This document shows, piece by piece, positions 35,833 to 45,018 of a stretch of DNA of 64,000 nucleotides (its first letter is position 1; each line of letters starts with the position of its first letter). The position numbers were made by a program, and so were the translations under genes. The stretch lies in IMG/VR virus record IMGVR_UViG_3300023202_000336, positions 1 to 64,000 of that record, one strand, 5' to 3'. Origin of the DNA: a virus. The notes under the pieces were generated by a model. It was not told the DNA's origin. It was given only the letters and a program-made list of their open reading frames with translations, and did not search any database.

Positions 35833-38703
35833 ATGCCTTCCAATTTCGCTTTCAGCCCGACTCATAGCTCGCTCATCCCGACGATGAGTAACCAGCCCTT
35901 CGGTGCCGAGCAGCTGACGCCGAATTTCCGAAACTTCCCGACACCGTGGCTCGATTATTCGACGGTCGCGGTGCCCGATAACCACGAACTGGTGATGTGG
36001 TGGGCCCAGTACTTGTGGATCATGGATGGGAACTTCAGAACGGCGATGGAGCGCGTCGCGGCACATTTTGTCACGACCATCGACTTCCCTGACCTTGAGC
36101 CGGGGGAGGAGTCTGTTTGGAAGGACCTTTTCCTTCAGTTCCTCGATTACCGCGCTGAGCTTATGGCTGCGGCGATGGACTACCTGTGTTTCCGAGGCGA
36201 TACGCGGGTGGTGGCTCGCGACGGGATCTATGAGATCTGCGAGCTTGAGGGGAAGGAAGTAGACGTCTTGTCAGAAGGCGGTGTCTATAGGCCGGCCAAG
36301 TTCAAGCGGTTCGGGATCCAGGAGCTTATGGAGGTCGAGTTTAGTGACGGGCGCACCGTGCTCGCTACTCCCGAGCATCAGTGGATCGTTGAAAGTAACG
36401 GTGGATCTATTCGTGTCCCGACTACCCAGCTGGCCGGTCGGCGTATAGAGCGTACCGTAGCTGAGCGTCCCGAGCGCGGTAACGGTTATTCCGAAGGAGT
36501 CCGTCACGGGTTCGTTTTTGGAGATGGATCTACTTATAACAAGCATCGAGAGAATCAGTTCTCGGTAGCGAACTTCTACGGTGATAAGACGGAACTGCTC
36601 CCCTATTTCGAAGGGTTCGGAGGGGAGCCGCGTAAATACGAGTACAGTTACGGAGCTGCCGTTATTAAGATACACGGGCTTCCGGCTCATTATAAACAGC
36701 TCCCGGATCCCGAAGTGAGTGCTGAGTATTGGTACGGATTCGTAAGTGGATTTCTTGCGGCAGACGGGTCTGTCGATACGCATGGTTGTGTTATTCTCAC
36801 TCAGGAGGCGAAAGAGACGCTCGCATCGATAGTCGAACAGCTTCCGCGTATCGGAATGGTCGCAGGACCGATCCGTGGTTACACTCAGGAAAGGACTTTG
36901 CCTGAGTACGACGGAGAGCAGAGGTCTGGTGAGACCACGATGCATTACGTGACGCTTCTGAAGCGTTTCATGCAGCCGGAAGATTTGCTTCTTTCAGGGC
37001 ATCGAGCTAAGTTCGAGGACAAATGGAAAGCGACCAATTACGGTAAATATATTCACGTGAAGAGCGTGAAAGAGACCGGCATCGTCGAAGATGTATACTG
37101 CTGTGTCGAGCACGAGACACACTCTTTCGTTATCGAAAACGGGATACTTACCGGCAATTGCTATGGGAATCTGGTTACGACGCTTTACCTTCCGTTCCGC
37201 CGTTACATGCGGTGCAGGCGGTGCGCACTCGAGCAGCCTATCGAGCGACTCAGCTATAATCTCCAGTTTTCCGCATCACCGCCGCATCTGATCTGGCGCC
37301 GCCGTGCCGATTGTCCGCGTTGCGGCGATAGTGCTCCTTACGAAGTAGTCGATCGTCGTGATAGCGATCTCGGGAAGGTCCGCATTAATCGTTACGATCC
37401 TTCTGATATTGAGATCGCCTGGAACAGGCATAGTCATAAGAAGGATATTTACTGGAGGATTCCCGAGGAGGACCGTCGAGATATTCTCGGAAAAGCCCGT
37501 ATCCATATCGATACGACTCCGCTCGAGGTTCTCGAGGCGGTTGCTGTCAACGGGAGACTTCGTTTCGAAGATAACATGGTCTTCCATCAGGCCGAACCTA
37601 ATATCTCCGGGATCAAGACGAGAGGCTGGGGTATTCCCCGGTCTATCTCGAACTTCAGGACCGCATGGCTTCAGCAATTGATCAACAAGCTCGATCAGGC
37701 AGTTGCGATCGATTACACGCTCGGTATCCGGCTTATCAGCCCGGCTGAGACGTCCGGATCTACTGACCCGCTTCAGACGCAAGGGCTTGAAAACTTTGCC
37801 TCGAAGATGAGTTCGATCGTTCAGGAGCACCGGGCGAACCCGGCGTCGTACCATACGTCGCCGTACCCGGTAAACTATCAGTTCCTCGGTGGCGAAGGCA
37901 GCGACGTCATGCCGGCTGATAAGATCAAGTTCCGTCAGCAGGAGTACCTGAACCAGCTCGGCGTGCCGCTCGAGTATCATCAGATGAATCTGCAGTCGCA
38001 GGCAGCGCCGATGTCGCTTCGGATGTTTGAAGCGTTCTGGCAGGGTATTCCGAGCTTCTACAATCGCCTCCTCGAGTGGGTCACCACGACGCTCTCGCGC
38101 GTGTACAACCTCGAGGATACACGCGTTCAGATGCAGAAGACCACGATCGCTGATGATCTCGAGCGTAAGGCGGTACTGTTGCAGCTGATGTCCGCGAACC
38201 AGCTCAGCCCGGAGACGGCGCTGCGTCCGTACGGCATCGATGCGCACGAGGAAGTGAAGAAGGTCTTCTCGCACGAGGACTACGTGGCGAGATTGCAGCG
38301 TGAGGCGGAAGAGCGTCAGCTGAATCGTGAAGAGATGGGTGTCATGAAGGGCATGTCGGCGCACCCGACTCCGTCGCAGATGGCGATGCAGCAGCAGGGG
38401 GCTGCTGCCGGGGGGATGCAGCCGCCTCCTCCTGGCACCCCGATGGGCGGCGTTCCGGCCGGCGGCCTCCCGCAGATGGGCCCGACCCCGCAGAGTCTCG
38501 AGGCTATGGGCGAGCAGGCCGAAATGATCGCTCAGCAGCTGGTGGGTCTTGATGAGTATACTCGGAAGCAGGAGCTCAAGGCGCTGCGGGAGTCGAATAA
38601 GGATCTGCATGCGCTTGTGACGAAGAGCATGGAGGAGATTCGGAGTGCTGCCCGCTCGGAGGGTGGACACATGCTCCTTTCACAAGGGGCAGGGGGCGTG
38701 TAA
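35833..38703 (+). CDS. Portal-like protein with intein
   Basis: Spliced junction DYL-CYGN matches the portal YGN motif; helical body; Gln/Pro/Gly-rich tail; located in the head block. Confidence 0.65.
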   Translation: MPSNFAFSPTHSSLIPTMSNQPFGAEQLTPNFRNFPTPWLDYSTVAVPDNHELVMWWAQYLWIMDGNFRTAMERVAAHFVTTIDFPDLEPGEESVWKDLFLQFLDYRAELMAAAMDYLCFRGDTRVVARDGIYEICELEGKEVDVLSEGGVYRPAKFKRFGIQELMEVEFSDGRTVLATPEHQWIVESNGGSIRVPTTQLAGRRIERTVAERPERGNGYSEGVRHGFVFGDGSTYNKHRENQFSVANFYGDKTELLPYFEGFGGEPRKYEYSYGAAVIKIHGLPAHYKQLPDPEVSAEYWYGFVSGFLAADGSVDTHGCVILTQEAKETLASIVEQLPRIGMVAGPIRGYTQERTLPEYDGEQRSGETTMHYVTLLKRFMQPEDLLLSGHRAKFEDKWKATNYGKYIHVKSVKETGIVEDVYCCVEHETHSFVIENGILTGNCYGNLVTTLYLPFRRYMRCRRCALEQPIERLSYNLQFSASPPHLIWRRRADCPRCGDSAPYEVVDRRDSDLGKVRINRYDPSDIEIAWNRHSHKKDIYWRIPEEDRRDILGKARIHIDTTPLEVLEAVAVNGRLRFEDNMVFHQAEPNISGIKTRGWGIPRSISNFRTAWLQQLINKLDQAVAIDYTLGIRLISPAETSGSTDPLQTQGLENFASKMSSIVQEHRANPASYHTSPYPVNYQFLGGEGSDVMPADKIKFRQQEYLNQLGVPLEYHQMNLQSQAAPMSLRMFEAFWQGIPSFYNRLLEWVTTTLSRVYNLEDTRVQMQKTTIADDLERKAVLLQLMSANQLSPETALRPYGIDAHEEVKKVFSHEDYVARLQREAEERQLNREEMGVMKGMSAHPTPSQMAMQQQGAAAGGMQPPPPGTPMGGVPAGGLPQMGPTPQSLEAMGEQAEMIAQQLVGLDEYTRKQELKALRESNKDLHALVTKSMEEIRSAARSEGGHMLLSQGAGGV
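36187..37158 (+). mobile_element. Intein with LAGLIDADG homing endonuclease (324 aa)
   Basis: C1 of CFRGDT; TPEH block B; GFVFGDG and GFLAADG motifs; ends FVIENGILTGN with +1 Cys. Confidence 0.92.
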
Positions 38704-38732
38704 GCTATCCTCCGTAGCGAGGAATACCTTCG

Positions 38733-39278
38733 ATGGCGTTATTTTCGAGACTGCGCAGGACACTCGGACGAGCGGGTGAGGGCGCAAGAGAACGTATAGA
38801 GCCGATTCTCAAGTACGACATCAAGGGAGCGCCCGGAGCGGCCTGGAGAGGTGCGCGTCGGGGGGTAAGAGGCGGAATAGAGCGCTACAAAAATCTTTCT
38901 CCTGAGGCGAGAAAGGCGTTGACGGTTGGCACAGGCGGTACCGGAGCAGCTCTGGGGACGTACCATTTCGCGGGGAAACCGCTCGCCGAGAAGTATCAGA
39001 ATTTGGCGTGGCCGGAGCAGGTAGAAGACCCGGACACTCCTGGAGAACTCATTCCTGGTAGGCAGCCGGGTGAGCTTGGCGCGACTGATATGAAGGTTCC
39101 GCTGTCGCAACGTATGGCCGCCGGCACCAGGGAGACCATCCCTGGAAGAACCGGTGAGTTACTCGGCGGTGCGATCGATTTTGCCGGACGACACCCTTTT
39201 ATTACTGCTGGCGCTGTCGGTGTACCCGCGCTCGCTCTTTATTATCTTTTGAGTAAAGACGACGATGAACGCCGATGA
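38733..39278 (+). CDS. Gly-rich, tail-anchored protein
   Basis: GAGGA SD; C-terminal AGAVGVPALALYYLL plus charged tail, as in 28949. Confidence 0.75.
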   Translation: MALFSRLRRTLGRAGEGARERIEPILKYDIKGAPGAAWRGARRGVRGGIERYKNLSPEARKALTVGTGGTGAALGTYHFAGKPLAEKYQNLAWPEQVEDPDTPGELIPGRQPGELGATDMKVPLSQRMAAGTRETIPGRTGELLGGAIDFAGRHPFITAGAVGVPALALYYLLSKDDDERR

Positions 39279-42094
39279 CACTCGCGAAGAAGATCGAGAA
39301 GAGACGGCGCGCGACCATGAAGGGCTCGAAAGGTAATTTGAGCCAGCACCCCGTCCGTAACCTTCATGCTCCGCGTAAAGCGAAGCTGGACGGCGACGGC
39401 TGGGAGTACTTCTACAAGCAGGCGATGCAGAAGTTTGCAGCCGAAGAGAGGAGTCGGCTGCGCCATATCCTTTATGTAATGGGCCGATCTCTCCAGGCTA
39501 TAAGGCCCGAGGCGCTTCAGAAGTTCGACAATAATCCGATGAAGTTTACCAATTATCTTATGGAGAATTCTGAGCATATTATTCCGACCGTGAGCGCTTA
39601 TAGTGCGATTACCGGAGATCCAGAGTTCGCGAGAGCTGCACGGTATCTGACTAGTCAGACGACCGGTCTCGAAAATATCGATGAAGTTAACGATGCGCTG
39701 AAGATAGAAGGACTCGACCTGCTCGGAAGCTTAGCGGTGGTAGGAACTCCGATAAAGGGGCTTACGAGACAGGCTGCGGAGTGGGGACCGAACGCTTATG
39801 CGATACATTATACGCTCGATCAGGTTTCGGGAGGGAAGGCTCGCGAATACATTGCCGAGGCGATAGAGCCACATGTGGACAAGTTGGAAGCGCATATCAA
39901 TGTTCATGAGTCACAGGCGAAGCTCAATAACGCGTTGATGTCGGGGGCTGGCGAGGAGGAAATTGAAGGTCTTCGGAGTCAGCTTCGGAATAACCGTGAA
40001 CGACTTATCGTCGAGAAGTCGCAAGGTTTCGCCCCTGATTACGAGACGACCGCGAAAGAAGTATCGGCTATGCGAGAGCTTGGTCTCGACGGGACAAAGC
40101 TTCTCGCTGAATCTTTTGCGATCGGTCTTTCTCCTATACAATATCCATGGATTCGATTTGGGCTCGAGCACTCTGGCCTCGGGCCAACCGCTATTCAGCG
40201 TACCCGAACCGAGGCGGAAGCGCGTGCTAGAAACGTCTCTGACCCAGGGGTTGAAGGCCAAACTTTACTACGAGGTATCCCTGGGACACCCTATAGGCCT
40301 GGCGACACCGTTACTCCTGAGATAAGGAGCGAGCTTCAACAGAAGGGGGTCGAGACTATCGCGGTAGTTCCCCCTGAGAGTACTGCTGAGAGATCGGCAC
40401 GTTTGGGCGCCGAGATTTCGTCGACAATAGCTGAATCGGCGGTCGGTATGAATGCTCTCCGGAGGGCGAGAGCCGCGGCGAAAGCGGCTCCGCGTGGATC
40501 ATCAAGGCTGTTTACTGCGGCCGGAAAAGCTGGGAGAGGAGCCGCTGCGTTTGGGAAAGCTCTCGCGAAATACTCTCCTCTTATAAGAGGAGTGATAGGG
40601 GGTGCAGAAGGCTATCATGCGATGAAGCCGGGGGCTCGTGAGCAGGTCTCGCAGCGGATAGCGGATATATATCGAGAAGAGAGAGATCTTCCTTGGTACG
40701 AGAGGGCTGGACGTGCGGCGCGGGATATCGGTGAAGGAGTCACCGGTTTAGGAGACCCGCAGCAGGCTCGAGCGCGACTTGCCGCCATGTGGGGTGCCCC
40801 TGGGCCCGAGGGGAAGTCCCGCGAAGAGATTCTTCAGGAACTTGAGCGTACTGAGAACTTCCGGGAGATGACTGCGCAAGCCGCATCAGATGTAACGGAT
40901 ATCATGCCGGGGATCGATCCCATTCGTGCCGAATGGATGGGCGCGACGATTGCGCTCAATCGCCTCCGTATAGCGGAGGGCGAACGCGCCGGTCCCGGGT
41001 ACGTTGCTGACCCTGCGCTTCGTGCACGCATTGAAGGGATGTCTTCGGAAGAACTTCAGACGGAGCTTACTGAGGCGGAGCGTCAGGCTTATCACACTCA
41101 CGCCTTCGATGAAGCGCTGCCTCATATACTCGAAGGCCACCACCCGTACGACGTAACGACGATTGAAAATGCTCGTAGACTTCTGCATCAGATGGGGCCT
41201 GCCGCATTTTCTCGGATGTTTTTAGATGCGGTCGACGAGCAGATAGTACCTACGAGACATGCTCTTGGGAAGCAGCTCCTTCGGCCCAGTGGAAACATTC
41301 CGACAGGTACTATTGTTACTCCCGAGATACAGCAGAAACTCCGTAGCGAGGGGGTAGAAGGCGTCGTAGCGGCGACATATTATCCGAATAGAGAGTTGAT
41401 GACCTATCTTCAGGAAGGTTCGAAAACTCCCGAGGGCGAGAGTAATCTTCTTCCTTATAGAGTAGATCCCGAGAAAAGACCGTTGGTTGCACGATTCACT
41501 GATCGTACGGAGCAGCCGCTTCGTCATCGCATGGAGCAGCAGCGCGAGAGAGCGCATAAGATTCGGAGACGACGTTGGAGAGAGCTGGGGAGGGCGCATC
41601 AGAAGGAGCTCCGTGAGCGAGAGCGGGCACAGCGAAGCGCTGAAACAGAGCGACGGCTCAGCGAAATGGACCGGGAGTTTGAGGAGGAATATCAGAGGTG
41701 GGAGCAAGCCCGTCGTCGACAAGACCGTCAGCAGCAAGAGGCGATGGACCTCCGTCACGCTCAGCAGTCGAAGCTGACGCAACGGGTACTCGACTGGAGT
41801 CGAGGCCGCCGTTCTCCGACAAGAAGGCCTACGATACCGGCGGGGGTGGCTCGTGCTGAGATTGCGCAGCATCTTCAGCGCAAGGGACAGCTTACCCCCG
41901 GTACCAGGAGAGCGATCTCCGAGGCTCGGCATCTCCCTCCGGCGGGGCCGCAGCAGCAGAAGGCGCTTCCGCAGACGCGTTTGAGTGATTACAGAGGTCA
42001 GTTCGAGCCCCCGTCCGTTGACGTCCAGGGTTCTACAGCGCAGAATGTATTCGCGGACGCAGGTCCGCTCGATCTCGTGGAACACGGACCTTAG
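39275..42094 (+). CDS. Large helical internal-virion-like protein
   Basis: 939 aa, ATGA-coupled; KQAM/KFAA near the N-terminus; coiled-coil-like C-terminus. Confidence 0.75.
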   Translation: MTLAKKIEKRRRATMKGSKGNLSQHPVRNLHAPRKAKLDGDGWEYFYKQAMQKFAAEERSRLRHILYVMGRSLQAIRPEALQKFDNNPMKFTNYLMENSEHIIPTVSAYSAITGDPEFARAARYLTSQTTGLENIDEVNDALKIEGLDLLGSLAVVGTPIKGLTRQAAEWGPNAYAIHYTLDQVSGGKAREYIAEAIEPHVDKLEAHINVHESQAKLNNALMSGAGEEEIEGLRSQLRNNRERLIVEKSQGFAPDYETTAKEVSAMRELGLDGTKLLAESFAIGLSPIQYPWIRFGLEHSGLGPTAIQRTRTEAEARARNVSDPGVEGQTLLRGIPGTPYRPGDTVTPEIRSELQQKGVETIAVVPPESTAERSARLGAEISSTIAESAVGMNALRRARAAAKAAPRGSSRLFTAAGKAGRGAAAFGKALAKYSPLIRGVIGGAEGYHAMKPGAREQVSQRIADIYREERDLPWYERAGRAARDIGEGVTGLGDPQQARARLAAMWGAPGPEGKSREEILQELERTENFREMTAQAASDVTDIMPGIDPIRAEWMGATIALNRLRIAEGERAGPGYVADPALRARIEGMSSEELQTELTEAERQAYHTHAFDEALPHILEGHHPYDVTTIENARRLLHQMGPAAFSRMFLDAVDEQIVPTRHALGKQLLRPSGNIPTGTIVTPEIQQKLRSEGVEGVVAATYYPNRELMTYLQEGSKTPEGESNLLPYRVDPEKRPLVARFTDRTEQPLRHRMEQQRERAHKIRRRRWRELGRAHQKELRERERAQRSAETERRLSEMDREFEEEYQRWEQARRRQDRQQQEAMDLRHAQQSKLTQRVLDWSRGRRSPTRRPTIPAGVARAEIAQHLQRKGQLTPGTRRAISEARHLPPAGPQQQKALPQTRLSDYRGQFEPPSVDVQGSTAQNVFADAGPLDLVEHGP

Positions 42095-42095
42095 T

Positions 42096-43145
42096 ATGGC
42101 ACTTCTCCCCGGTTTTGGCTCGTTCGCTCGCGACGCTATTGCGCGTGGTATGAAGAATATCGGTGGTCCTGCCGAGGATACTGTATCTGGGTCCCCTGCT
42201 CAGGAAGGTGTTCAGGCGCCTACTCCTTCGATAGAAGCGAGAAGGGCTTCCGGAGGTCCCCAGGTAGGTGCGCCGGGCGCTGGTACAGCTACTACGAAAC
42301 CTCCTACGACCAAGGCTACGCCTCCTCCTACTGATTTTCTTGGGCGCCCGGTCGGGACCGGAGCTGCTCCTGGTATCGAAGTGCCCCTTCCTGCAGGTGG
42401 TCAGGAGCCGATTCCTTCACCTCCGAAGGGGGAGAACGGCCATAAGCCGAAAGTCCCCACTGACGAGACGCCTCCTGCTGGTGACCGTCCGGCTGAGGTG
42501 ACGGAAAAGCCGGAACCTCTTGGGTTGAAGGCGGAGAAGGCATTCCGGAGTCAGCTTTTGAAGCGGCATGAACAGAGCCTCAAGAAGGCGGAGAATAAGT
42601 CTTTTTGGGATACTACGAAGGAATGGCTTGGGTCCGACTGGAAGAATCTTTTGATTCCGGCCGGCCTTCTCATGATGTTTTTCAATAACAACGTGGCCCG
42701 CCTTCTCGGTGCGGTAGCGATCGGTGCGGGCGGTTATAACCTGTATCAGCGTGGAAAAGCGCTTCTGAGCGACGATCATCCGCACCATGATCTTGTAACG
42801 AATGCAATTGCTCAGAGTGCGTCCTATACCGACCCGCAGACGAAAGAAAACATACCTTTCGGGAACTCTCAACAGGTTGTTGAAAATATACGTCAGACCC
42901 ATGGACCGGAGGCTGCACAGACGGTGAAGCAAGGTCTCATCGATTATCAGATGGCTCACCGGATCGGCGGTACTGATTTCATTATGCGTCAGCTTGCGAA
43001 CAGGCAGGAGCAGGCGCTGCGAGAAAAGTATGGTCGCGACGTTAATCTCGGGTATCAGTCGACGGTTCAGGAGAACCTCGGAAGTGCGCTCGGGTCGGCG
43101 AATCAGTGGATCCAGTCGCAGTGGCAAGGTCTTTGGAATCGATAG
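42096..43145 (+). CDS. Pro-rich protein with a hydrophobic hairpin
   Basis: ATG right after the preceding stop; LLIPAGLLMMFF...LLGAVAIGAGGY. Confidence 0.7.
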   Translation: MALLPGFGSFARDAIARGMKNIGGPAEDTVSGSPAQEGVQAPTPSIEARRASGGPQVGAPGAGTATTKPPTTKATPPPTDFLGRPVGTGAAPGIEVPLPAGGQEPIPSPPKGENGHKPKVPTDETPPAGDRPAEVTEKPEPLGLKAEKAFRSQLLKRHEQSLKKAENKSFWDTTKEWLGSDWKNLLIPAGLLMMFFNNNVARLLGAVAIGAGGYNLYQRGKALLSDDHPHHDLVTNAIAQSASYTDPQTKENIPFGNSQQVVENIRQTHGPEAAQTVKQGLIDYQMAHRIGGTDFIMRQLANRQEQALREKYGRDVNLGYQSTVQENLGSALGSANQWIQSQWQGLWNR

Positions 43146-43808
43146 ATGCCGTATTCGAGTGCAGCTGATTTCGCTCAAGTACAGGATTACCGACGGCGTG
43201 TTGCTGGCGATCCCTCGCGGTCGCTCGTGAGCAAAGCGCGGGCGCTTGCAGACGTCCAGCGCGAAATCGATAAGCCGGAACCTCGTCGGGGAATGACGTT
43301 CGGAGACGTATTCCGCGGTGCGATTGGGGCAGCGGCTGGATATGGTATCGCGAGAGGCGCAGCGAATGCGATGAACGTCGATCCCGAGTACAAAGGAATA
43401 CTGAGCGCCGCAGGTGCCGGATTAGGAGCTCTTATGAATTCAGGTATGCTCAAGCGTGGAGCTTCAGAAGAGGAGCGGACGCATGCTTTCCGTTTCGGTT
43501 TCGTGAAGGCGGCGCGAGACGTCGGTTACTTCGCGAAGGAGTCTGCTTTCTGGCCGATCCCTACGGTACCGATCTCTCCCGGCTCGGTGATGGCGATCCC
43601 GCGAGGTCTCGCCGGAGCTGCGGCTCGCGGCGGTCAGATCGTAGGCTCTGCGATCGGGGCGGCCGATGCTCCTGACGAGGATGAGGTTGAGTTAGCTGAG
43701 ATTCAGGTCCAGAAGGCGTTGCTCGAGGAGCAGCTCGATAGGCTGAAGTCCGAGCGACGCAATCGGGCACTCAAACGCCTCCTTGCGGAAAGGCGGGAAC
43801 AGAGATAG
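43146..43808 (+). CDS. Gly-zipper K-x-A-cohort protein
   Basis: GAIGAAAGYG; FVKAA; KESA. Confidence 0.75.
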   Translation: MPYSSAADFAQVQDYRRRVAGDPSRSLVSKARALADVQREIDKPEPRRGMTFGDVFRGAIGAAAGYGIARGAANAMNVDPEYKGILSAAGAGLGALMNSGMLKRGASEEERTHAFRFGFVKAARDVGYFAKESAFWPIPTVPISPGSVMAIPRGLAGAAARGGQIVGSAIGAADAPDEDEVELAEIQVQKALLEEQLDRLKSERRNRALKRLLAERREQR

Positions 43809-43817
43809 TATACGGCC

Positions 43818-44162
43818 ATGCGCGATGGAATGGCGAAAACGCTTCGGATTCCGCACGGAGTCCCGATAGCGAGGCATAAGCCGGCACCGAAGATCAACGT
43901 CCCGAACGGACGCGAGACGCCGCTCTTTCATCCCGACGACCCTGACGAGAAGAAGCTCCAACAGATCTGGATCGTGAAAGTGCGCATCTTCGATCTCTCG
44001 AAACCGGAAGACGCCAGGGATTATCAGGAAGCGTGGCAGAAGATTACAGACGGACACGCGGTGAAGTCCGAGGACCGGATAGACTTCAATTCTGAGCGGG
44101 GCACATATATCGCTTTCTTGCGTTGGGCGGAGTTCGATTATAGACTCCCTGAAAGCGCATAG
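43818..44162 (+). CDS. Hypothetical protein
   Basis: 114 aa in the operon with tight spacing. Confidence 0.7.
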   Translation: MRDGMAKTLRIPHGVPIARHKPAPKINVPNGRETPLFHPDDPDEKKLQQIWIVKVRIFDLSKPEDARDYQEAWQKITDGHAVKSEDRIDFNSERGTYIAFLRWAEFDYRLPESA

Positions 44163-44170
44163 GAAGTAGT

Positions 44171-45010
44171 ATGCAGAAAGCGGCTGCCCACGAGTGGGCA
44201 ACAGACCCGGGGTACATCCCTGTATTTGCTCTCGGCGGTGCGGCGCTCGGAGGCGGGGCTCGTTTACTGAAGAACCTCTTCGACCTTGGAAGACGTGGCC
44301 CGACGAAGTCTCCAGTGGAGATAGCGCGCCCTCTTGCGGCGCTCTCTGAGGTTCCGGTCGAGGTCTCTAAAGAGGAGGCCGAGGAGTTGCGTAAGCGCGG
44401 CGTCAAGGTTCGGAGGATGCTTTCGAAAGAAGGCGCTCATAAGAAGGAAGGTATTTCACGACTGCTGGGGTCCGCTGGACTTCTCGGTCTTGGAACCCTT
44501 TCGACCGTCGGCGGGTGGCATCTCGCCGATACGCTTATCGATGCTGCTCGGAAGCGGGCGGCGAAGAAAGATGTCGAAGACGTGAAGAAGCGGATACGCC
44601 GTATCCTCGAGGAATCGCCGTCTAATCGTGATGACGAGAAGCTCTTCGGTTACATGAAGGCGGCCGAAGACAAGTACTTCAAGAAAGAAGCGATCCTGAA
44701 GGACATTCCGGTGATTCTTGGCGGGAGCCTCGGTATTAGCGGCGTTCTTGCGGGCCTGGCCGCTTACAATCGTTTGCAGCGGTCTGCTGAGGCGTCTCCT
44801 AAGTTGACCGCATTGAAGTCTATGCTTGCTCGGAGACTTCCGCAGCGTCCGAGTATGACGATGGTGCCTGTTCTGCGAGAAGGCGACGAAGAAGAAAAGG
44901 AGGACGAGGAGCGTATCCAGCCGCGCTTCGTTCCTGTTGAGCGGGTGAGGACGCCCGGGAGCCCAGCAGTACAGGCGGCGAGAAACCGTAGCACCTCCAA
45001 TTGGATTTAG
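44171..45010 (+). CDS. Gly-zipper K-x-A-cohort protein
   Basis: Starts MQKAAA; KEGA, MKAA, KKEA; three hydrophobic Gly-rich segments. Confidence 0.78.
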   Translation: MQKAAAHEWATDPGYIPVFALGGAALGGGARLLKNLFDLGRRGPTKSPVEIARPLAALSEVPVEVSKEEAEELRKRGVKVRRMLSKEGAHKKEGISRLLGSAGLLGLGTLSTVGGWHLADTLIDAARKRAAKKDVEDVKKRIRRILEESPSNRDDEKLFGYMKAAEDKYFKKEAILKDIPVILGGSLGISGVLAGLAAYNRLQRSAEASPKLTALKSMLARRLPQRPSMTMVPVLREGDEEEKEDEERIQPRFVPVERVRTPGSPAVQAARNRSTSNWI

Positions 45011-45018
45011 AGGACGTT

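Noticed and set aside
37276-38670. 464-aa minus-strand ORF
   Set aside because: Antisense to the portal; no motifs.
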